From assembly GCA_001791325.1 (NCBI GenBank), contig MGEK01000039.1, positions 1,175 through 65,174 on the forward strand: a DNA stretch of 64,000 nucleotides. The letters are read 5' to 3'. This DNA comes from Candidatus Uhrbacteria bacterium RIFCSPLOWO2_01_FULL_47_25. GTDB lineage: Bacteria > Patescibacteriota > Patescibacteriia > GWA2-46-9. The translations under genes and the position numbers were made by a program. Below the pieces are notes generated by a model, which saw only the letters and a program-made list of their open reading frames with translations, made no database searches and was not told the DNA's origin. Of this stretch, positions 20,356 through 26,538 are shown in pieces. Every line of letters starts with the position of its first letter. Position 1 is the first letter of the stretch.

Positions 20356-20401
20356 GTAAAGTTTACAAACTGCGAGGTGAATACCCCGAAGCCAAGACAC
20401 C

Positions 20402-21451
20402 TCATTTCGTTCTCTCAATAATTTTGACTATTCCATTATTAGCGTCTAATTCCACCAAATCGTTGTTTTGTAAAATTTTAGTGGCATTTTTTGTGCCAAC
20501 AATACAAGGAATATTTAGCTCTCTGCTGATTATAGCGGCGTGGCAGGCGATTCCGCCTTCGTTTGTTACTATACCCAAAACATTTTTCAAATAAGGCGTG
20601 AATTTTATGGAAGTCATCGGCGCCACCACTATTTTGTTGTCTAAATTATTCAGATCCGATTCTCTCAAGATCAGCCGAACTCGGCCTTTTATTAAACCCT
20701 TGTTGGCGACACTACCTTTAATAAAATCGGTTTGATTTTTTTCTTCTTTAATATTGCTTTTTAAAATTTGCTTGGCTTTTGCACCAGTTAAAATTTTTGT
20801 TTTACCGCCATTAACAGTTAAAAATAAAATAAGTTTTTTTCTTTCTCCTAAAATATTTTCTTTTATCTTTTTGTTATCTTTTAGCAAGTCAATTATTTCG
20901 TCTGGTAAGGCGTAAAATAATAGGTCGCTCTTAATTTTCTTTCTTTTTCCTATTTCTTGAAAAAAAAGTGGTAAAAAATCTTTCTGAATTTTTTCATAGT
21001 CAGCTATTCCTCTCGCTTCTCTTAATTTGTCTTTTATCGCCTGCGACAAATCATTCTCGTTTAATACCATGCCAAAATATTTTGGCAATGTAAAAAGAGG
21101 AAAATAATTTTGATAAATATTAACAAAATCAGTAAAAATTTTCAGCAGTTGTTTGTCTGTAAAATTATCTAATTTTTTACATTCTAAAAATTTTTTCAGC
21201 CTTTCGTTTTGCTTCTTCAGTTTGTCAAGTATTTTTTCAAAAATTTCAAGCTTCTTAGTTTTTAATTCATTCAGAAACTCATCATATTCGCTCTTTAAAC
21301 GCCATGAATGGACAATGCCATTTTCATGCATCATTAAAAAATTTTTCAGATTTTTTCCAATATTTTTTTTGTAATTCTTAAGATAGCCTATCATTATGCA
21401 ATAGGTTGTGAATAAATCGCATTCTCTCTCGGTAAATTTTGTCCATTCCAT
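20402..21451 (-). CDS. Protein with C-terminal PEP-utilising mobile domain
   Basis: TNEGGIACHAAIISRELNIPCIVGT, LDANNG; helical N-terminus; no ATP-grasp domain seen. Confidence 0.85.
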   Translation of the reverse strand: MEWTKFTERECDLFTTYCIMIGYLKNYKKNIGKNLKNFLMMHENGIVHSWRLKSEYDEFLNELKTKKLEIFEKILDKLKKQNERLKKFLECKKLDNFTDKQLLKIFTDFVNIYQNYFPLFTLPKYFGMVLNENDLSQAIKDKLREARGIADYEKIQKDFLPLFFQEIGKRKKIKSDLLFYALPDEIIDLLKDNKKIKENILGERKKLILFLTVNGGKTKILTGAKAKQILKSNIKEEKNQTDFIKGSVANKGLIKGRVRLILRESDLNNLDNKIVVAPMTSIKFTPYLKNVLGIVTNEGGIACHAAIISRELNIPCIVGTKNATKILQNNDLVELDANNGIVKIIERTK

Positions 21452-21458
21452 AGGTTTG

Positions 21459-22268
21459 TTATAATTTAATTTTTTCTGTCCCGACTAGCTCTCTTTTTTT
21501 ATCAAAATGAAATTCCTCACAGAAATGTGGTACCTCATCAATTGAAAATTGACCTTGCTGTTTTTCATAGCTCATTTGGCCCAATGGGCCACTATGGCCA
21601 ACGGCAAACAAAATGATAGGCGACTGTCGCTGGTCGGATTGCGGTCTTTCAGACTTTGTAACAACGCTATGTACTAATTCCATAAACTGTTTATATCTTT
21701 CGGCCGCTTTTTTCGGCAGTTTTGTTTTTTCAAATTTAACATTGGGTTCATTCATTGCGTGAAAATATTGTAAAAGCGCTTCCATTTCGTTTATGGCATT
21801 TGGGCCCTTTGTCATTTCTGCGTACGGCTTCCAAGTGTCAGGGTGCGCGTCGGCTAGTAATTTAACTAGTTCTGTACTGTCAATTTCCAACATATCAATT
21901 CGTTTTGCATTTTTCTTGTCTTGAGATTCGCCTTGTGCTTCCAGTTGAGCCAAGCGAGCCGTGGCAAGATGTCTGGTCAGTTGCGTGCGGTCTTTTCCGC
22001 TATCCATCACAACTAAAATACTCTCTTTGGGCAATTGTGCGTAAAGATTGTCAGCTAACCGTAAACTGCGGATAATACCGTCTAATTTTAGTGGTGCTTC
22101 TCCCAATTTAACAACTTCCGGAAAATCGTTTTCCAAAACAGATATAACCAAGTTAAATTCTTTCGCCGTCAATTTTGATTTCAATTCCTCCGGATTCAAT
22201 TTCCACGTTCCTTTGTCGGCATGACGAGTGATTATAGATTCTTGATTTTCAAGAAATTTTTCAGTCAT
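21459..22268 (-). CDS. Divergent histidine phosphatase superfamily protein
   Basis: ITRHADK, SGKDRTQLT, late AVGHSG. Confidence 0.55.
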   Translation of the reverse strand: MTEKFLENQESIITRHADKGTWKLNPEELKSKLTAKEFNLVISVLENDFPEVVKLGEAPLKLDGIIRSLRLADNLYAQLPKESILVVMDSGKDRTQLTRHLATARLAQLEAQGESQDKKNAKRIDMLEIDSTELVKLLADAHPDTWKPYAEMTKGPNAINEMEALLQYFHAMNEPNVKFEKTKLPKKAAERYKQFMELVHSVVTKSERPQSDQRQSPIILFAVGHSGPLGQMSYEKQQGQFSIDEVPHFCEEFHFDKKRELVGTEKIKL

Positions 22269-22419
22269 ATTTTTGAGTTAGTAATATTTATAAAATCGTT
22301 TTCTGAGCGACGAGAGGAGCGAAGAAAACACCATATACCCCCCTCTTAAAAAATAAAAATAAAATTTATTCATTATAGAAAAGTGTTAGGCGTTAGCCGT
22401 AAAAAGAAAAGCATATTTC

Positions 22420-22578
22420 GTATAACGTTTAAGTGTATGCGAAGTTGAAAAACCCCGCTGCCTTGATTTAATTGTATCAAAAAAAGCGGGGTTTTTCAAC
22501 TTGGGTGAAAGACATGGCACAATTCTTTAGTTACATTAAAAAGTGTGCCAGTCCTAAACCGCATACACTTTGTTAGGC
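22420..22578 (-). repeat. attC-like site 4 (long branched type)
   Basis: AAGTGTATGCG/CGCATACACTT stem; 18-bp inner arm; GGGTG junction. Confidence 0.85.
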
Positions 22579-22626
22579 GATGTAAAAACAAGTTCTTTCC
22601 TTAATTCGGGAATAAGGAAAATTATA

Positions 22627-22884
22627 TTAAGCGCCCTTCTCAGCAAGTCTTTTTATTACTGCTTTGTCAATAACATCCCTCACTACGGAGTGTATTTTTT
22701 TCCCGCCATCTTCAGTGAACAATGCTTCGACTTTGGGGAACCATGGCTTGTCTTCGCACATTTTTCTTGCATCACCAGACTCCCATCCCAAAAAATTATT
22801 AAATGCCGCTAGCTCACCATCAGTTAATTGATTAAGAGCCATGTTCGCAGCAGCCTCCAACTGCGGTGGTTGTTCTCTGTTCAT
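22627..22884 (-). CDS. Hypothetical protein (cassette 3)
   Basis: 85 aa ORF filling the cassette. Confidence 0.7.
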   Translation of the reverse strand: MNREQPPQLEAAANMALNQLTDGELAAFNNFLGWESGDARKMCEDKPWFPKVEALFTEDGGKKIHSVVRDVIDKAVIKRLAEKGA

Positions 22885-22974
22885 AGGTTTGTATGATTAA
22901 AATTTATAAGTGTCTTTTGTATAAATAGCTTAATATAATTTTCGTTAAAATTCAATAGAACTTGTTTTTATTTC

Positions 22975-23058
22975 ACCTAAGGTCCGCGGCATATCCCTGC
23001 AGTGACGCGAGCCCCGCCCTACGGGGCGAGTGGCATTGCGGATATGCCGCTGTTATGC
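22975..23058 (-). repeat. attC-like site 5 (type D, AAG instead of AAC)
   Basis: ACCTAAG GTCC GCGGCATATCC/GGATATGCCGC T GTTATGC. Confidence 0.8.
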
Positions 23059-23197
23059 GATGTGCGCCGCGCGCACGCCTGCCCGCCGAAGTATGGGGTG
23101 TTTGAATTCAGCATCTTAGTGAATAAGGAACGAAGGCGGGAGCAGAACAGCGGGAACCGCGGACCTTATGCAAAATGCACGGCGCATTTTGCATAAC
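23052..23197. repeat. Gene-less cassette, long form
   Basis: Near-identical to 18777-18923, but the mini-site reads CCGCGGACCTT. Confidence 0.8.
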
Positions 23198-23315
23198 GTT
23201 TCGGCATATCTGATGTTTGCCGTAGCGTAGCGAAGGCAAATATGGGTGAATAAATTTTGCATTCCTTAGCATTATTATAGCGCAAAATTTATGAACCAGA
23301 TATGCCGTGTTATGC
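23191..23315 (-). repeat. attC-like site 6 (branched type)
   Basis: CGGCATATCTG/CAGATATGCCG stem; GGGTG junction. Confidence 0.85.
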
Positions 23316-23336
23316 GATGCTGCAAAAATATTTTAT

Positions 23337-24011
23337 TTATTTGTAAAGATAACCTACTCCTAGAATCATTGATTGTCCAAATTTTTTCTTATCTTTATTA
23401 TCGACAAACGTTAGCAACGGTACCCCCTTCTTTTTACACTCCTCATGTTGATAAATGTTTTGACCCAAAATTATTTTTTTCCACGCTTTATTTACTTCCT
23501 CGTATGCGATAATGTCGTGAAATGCGGCCAGCCCATTTTTATCCAAAAAATAATTATAGTTTTTCCAATCATTTAATACCGACTTACATGTATGATCTCC
23601 ATCAATAAATAAAAAATCCACCTTCCTATTGCCCAAATACTCTTTTAGGTCTTCTCGTGCTTTTTTAGAGGTAGACTTCCTTCTAATATGCAAATAGTTA
23701 TTTTTTAGATAAAAATGCCTAAGTTTATTAATCGTGTCTTCATATGTATAGAACTGTTTTTCATATTTAGATCCCGTTATATAAGGATCAATAGTGATGA
23801 AGGTTGTTCCCGAATTACCAAGAGCTGCAGATAATAGGTAAATAAAGCCACCACGTGCCGATCCTATTTCTAAAATAATTTTGGGTCTTCTTCTTCTTAT
23901 TTTTTCTAAGGTGTGAACAATCTCAAGCGGGGTTTGCCCCACGTCTGGACACTCAAAATTTGGACAATCAATTCTTAGTTTTTCTGTAATGTATTTTATT
24001 CTTTTGTTCAT
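23337..24011 (-). CDS. Class I SAM-dependent methyltransferase (Methyltransf_24-like)
   Basis: ILEIGSARGG, DFLFIDGDH, AFHDI; start set to MNKRIK inside the cassette boundary. Confidence 0.85.
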   Translation of the reverse strand: MNKRIKYITEKLRIDCPNFECPDVGQTPLEIVHTLEKIRRRRPKIILEIGSARGGFIYLLSAALGNSGTTFITIDPYITGSKYEKQFYTYEDTINKLRHFYLKNNYLHIRRKSTSKKAREDLKEYLGNRKVDFLFIDGDHTCKSVLNDWKNYNYFLDKNGLAAFHDIIAYEEVNKAWKKIILGQNIYQHEECKKKGVPLLTFVDNKDKKKFGQSMILGVGYLYK

Positions 24012-24033
24012 AATTAAATATTTTTGCAGTTTC

Positions 24034-24090
24034 ACATAACGTCCGGGTATCATGCGCTCGTACTCGTATGGCGCATATACCCTGTTAGGC
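24034..24090 (-). repeat. attC-like site 7 (short, 57 bp)
   Basis: ACATAAC GTCC GGGTATCATGCG...CGCATATACCC T GTTAGGC. Confidence 0.75.
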
Positions 24091-24177
24091 GATGTAAATA
24101 TTTTGCTCAATGAGATAAAAAATGAGAGTTGGGCGAGAGGGTTGGGTTTCCTCTCGCGCCCGTGAGCTGATTGTACA

Positions 24178-24411
24178 CTACGCAGATTGATCGAGGCGAC
24201 GCAAGCTCTTCACGGTAACGCCATGGGAGACCGTTTCGCCATCCCAGACGATCGGTACCTCCCAAGGATCGTAGAGACATTTCGGGCCTCCGAATGCTGC
24301 TTGCACCGTCCCGATTTTCTTCGCGTCGACGTGCTGAACTCGAAGCCCCGCAGGAAAATCATCGTCGATTTGTGCCATGAGTGACTCCTTACTGTCTGTG
24401 GTGGTGCCCAA
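24178..24411 (-). CDS. Small hypothetical protein (cassette 5)
   Basis: ORF filling the cassette; start uncertain (TTG 24411 or downstream MAQID). Confidence 0.55.
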   Translation of the reverse strand: MGTTTDSKESLMAQIDDDFPAGLRVQHVDAKKIGTVQAAFGGPKCLYDPWEVPIVWDGETVSHGVTVKSLRRLDQSA

Positions 24412-24453
24412 CTCTCATTTTTTATCAATATCAATGGACAAAATATTTATTTC

Positions 24454-24534
24454 GCCTAACGGCTCGCGGCTATGCGGAGTCCTGAAGGAATTGTATCACA
24501 ATTCCTGAAGGATTACGTATAGCCGCTGTTAGGC
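24454..24534 (-). repeat. attC-like site 8 (type A)
   Basis: Interior differs by one base from site 2. Confidence 0.85.
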
Positions 24535-24611
24535 GATGTGCGCCGCGCGCACAAGCATAACAGCGGGAACCGCGAGCCGTTATGCAAAATGCGCGGCGCA
24601 TTTTGCCTAAC
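24528..24611. repeat. Gene-less cassette, short form
   Basis: Same modules as the long form without the REP-like insert. Confidence 0.8.
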
Positions 24612-24732
24612 GTTCGCGCATATCTGATGTTTGCGGCTGGTATAATATAACGCCGATAGGCGTTTTACCAGCCGCAAATATGGGTGGAGGCTTGGCGTCA
24701 GCCAAGCCGTAGCCAGATATGCGCTGTTATAT
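24605..24732 (-). repeat. attC-like site 9 (branched type)
   Basis: GCGCATATCTG/CAGATATGCGC stem; GGGTG junction. Confidence 0.85.
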
Positions 24733-24793
24733 GATGTAACAATACATTCTTAACTCCGACCGAAGAGAGGAGTTATGGAAATCAGGGTAATTT

Positions 24794-25288
24794 TTAATCA
24801 AAAAATTCGCAACGTTTATTGTACAGTAGCTCATTAACCTCAACCATAATTGCTTTTAACTCCGCAAAAAGTGCAAGGATGGGATGACCGTCGGAAACCT
24901 CGTAATGAGGGTAACCACTGGCAGGTGTTATTAGTGTGAGGCTTTTTGCGGCTTCCTGTATTTGTTTGTGAAGAGCATCGGCCCTGTCAGCTAGTTGATT
25001 GTATCTTTCTCCTTTTTCTTTTTGCTCTGCCTCCAAAGCGTCTATATCAACCTTTGGAATGAGGCGAGCTATTTTAACTTGCTCCACCTCCGCATATGTG
25101 TGCTTGCCTCTAACTTCTTTTAATTCTTCTGGTGTTGTGTTTTGATGACCACGCCTTCTGCTAGGTTCAAGCGCATAAATTAGATCACCTGCTGTCCCGA
25201 TCCAGTCATTCCAAAGGTGGCCTGAAAATTGTTTCCGTTTGAATGGTTCGTAATATTCTGGTGGCGGTTTAAGGTCTTCTGTAGACAT
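24794..25288 (-). CDS. Hypothetical protein (cassette 6)
   Basis: 164 aa ORF filling the cassette. Confidence 0.75.
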   Translation of the reverse strand: MSTEDLKPPPEYYEPFKRKQFSGHLWNDWIGTAGDLIYALEPSRRRGHQNTTPEELKEVRGKHTYAEVEQVKIARLIPKVDIDALEAEQKEKGERYNQLADRADALHKQIQEAAKSLTLITPASGYPHYEVSDGHPILALFAELKAIMVEVNELLYNKRCEFFD

Positions 25289-25362
25289 ATTTTTTGATTA
25301 CAATAAAATTGCCCTGATTTCCAGCCGCCGCGTCAGCGGCGGAAAGAATGTATTGTTATTTC

Positions 25363-25448
25363 ATATAACGTTCGCATATATCTGATGTTGCGACTGAAAG
25401 GAGCGATATGGACAAAACGAAGCGGAGCCAGATATACGCTTGTTGTGC
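25363..25448 (-). repeat. attC-like site 10
   Basis: ATATAAC GTTC GCATATATCTG/CAGATATACGC TT GTTGTGC. Confidence 0.8.
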
Positions 25449-25463
25449 GATGTTAGCGAGCAT

Positions 25464-25727
25464 TCATCGATAGACGCACGGATAGCACCGACTCGTTTCC
25501 GTATTGCAGGAGTGCGACACTTTTTCTCCCGGAATGAATTTTGCCCCCGTAAAAGAGGCACACCAGCAGTCATCATCTGATTGACACACCGTGTTTTCAT
25601 TAGTTTCTGAAATTTCCACATTCACTGCCTCGGGCTGAGGCTGTACGAATTGAAATCTAAGAAAAAGTGCCGCTCCGATTGCTACCACAATCAGAATCAC
25701 TATTCCTAACGCCGTTTTAATTATCAT
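25464..25727 (-). CDS. Small membrane-anchored cysteine-rich protein (cassette 7)
   Basis: N-terminal hydrophobic helix; CQSDDDCWC...CNTETSRCYPC (6 Cys). Confidence 0.7.
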   Translation of the reverse strand: MIIKTALGIVILIVVAIGAALFLRFQFVQPQPEAVNVEISETNENTVCQSDDDCWCASFTGAKFIPGEKVSHSCNTETSRCYPCVYR

Positions 25728-25782
25728 AGTGTTTATATAATGCAAAACCTTTTTAAATCAGCAGAACAAGCTCGCCAATTTC

Positions 25783-25863
25783 GTACAAGGTCCGCGGCAT
25801 ATCCTTGCAGTGACGCGAGAGCGCGTACGCTCGAGCGGCATTGCGGATATGCCGCTGTTATGC
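25783..25863 (-). repeat. attC-like site 11 (type D)
   Basis: GTACAAG GTCC GCGGCATATCC/GGATATGCCGC T GTTATGC. Confidence 0.8.
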
Positions 25864-25939
25864 GATGTGCGCCGCGCGCACGAGCAGAACAGCGGGAACC
25901 GCGGACCTTATGCAAAATGCGCGGCGCATTTTGCATAAC
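25857..25939. repeat. Gene-less cassette, short form
   Basis: Mini-site CCGCGGACCTT plus terminal palindrome. Confidence 0.8.
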
Positions 25940-26063
25940 GTATCGGGATAAGCGAAGTTTTTACGAAGTGAAACGAAGTAAAAATTTGGGTGAAGGGCAA
26001 ATGCAACTCATTAATGTAAGTAATAAATCGCATTTGCCCTGAACCGCTTATCCCGTGTTAGGC
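25933..26063 (-). repeat. attC-like site 12 (branched type)
   Basis: CGGGATAAGCG/CGCTTATCCCG stem; GGGTG junction. Confidence 0.85.
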
Positions 26064-26081
26064 GATGAATTTTTGAAACTA

Positions 26082-26390
26082 TTAGACGGGTAATTTTTTA
26101 ATATCGTTGTGCGGATGTAGATTGATACGAATTGCATCAACTATATCAATTTTACTCTCGTCGATACCACCGACATCTGGAAGGCTGCTTAATTCATGTT
26201 CTATATCTGTTTGTGTCAATTCGTCCTTTTCTAATTTTTTTAAAAGACGCTTTTTTGCTTGTTCCGCCACGCCCAAAGTAATGGATAGTCTATGCTCTAA
26301 TTTTGGAGGCGGAAGTTCTCTCAATATTTTGTCTAAAATTGGCGTGGCGGAAGCAGCCTGCTCCCTTCCTTCGTGTCCCATATTTTCCAT
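26082..26390 (-). CDS. Hypothetical protein (attI-proximal cassette)
   Basis: 102 aa ORF filling the cassette. Confidence 0.7.
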   Translation of the reverse strand: MENMGHEGREQAASATPILDKILRELPPPKLEHRLSITLGVAEQAKKRLLKKLEKDELTQTDIEHELSSLPDVGGIDESKIDIVDAIRINLHPHNDIKKLPV

Positions 26391-26433
26391 ATGATTTATG
26401 TTAGAAATTAGTTAATAGTTTCAAAAATTTTTC

Positions 26434-26470
26434 GCCTAACTCGTTTATATGCGACGTGTTTTCGTATATG
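26434..26470 (-). other. Candidate attI site
   Basis: Minus strand CGCATATAAACGA-GTTAGGC: last core site before the integrase, with no hairpin partner. Confidence 0.65.
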
Positions 26471-26480
26471 ATACACAATA

Positions 26481-26527
26481 TTGCTTAATGAACGAATATC
26501 GTTTATAATGACAATATGTCATTATAA
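26481..26527 (+). promoter_or_regulatory. Integrase promoter with overlapping operator-like palindrome
   Basis: TTGCTT-N17-TATAAT (26481-26509); TTATAATGACA-ATA-TGTCATTATAA (26503-26527). Confidence 0.65.
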
Positions 26528-26538
26528 TATCACTAAAA

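Noticed and set aside
22385-22398. GTTAGGC as an additional recombination core
   Set aside because: It lies in a small hairpin within the cassette IR and has no attC-like stem or GATG flank.
24012-24110. N-terminal extension of the methyltransferase
   Set aside because: It runs through attC site 7 into the next cassette from a TTG; the ATG at 24011 fits the cassette boundary.
18944-26042. Short ORFs over attC and linker regions (18944-19162, 18986-19171, 23002-23196, 25733-25936, 25740-26042)
   Set aside because: They translate palindromic non-coding repeats and cross cassette boundaries.
16106-26440. CRISPR array interpretation of the repeats
   Set aside because: Repeats vary in sequence and length, are separated by whole genes rather than uniform spacers, and no cas genes are present.
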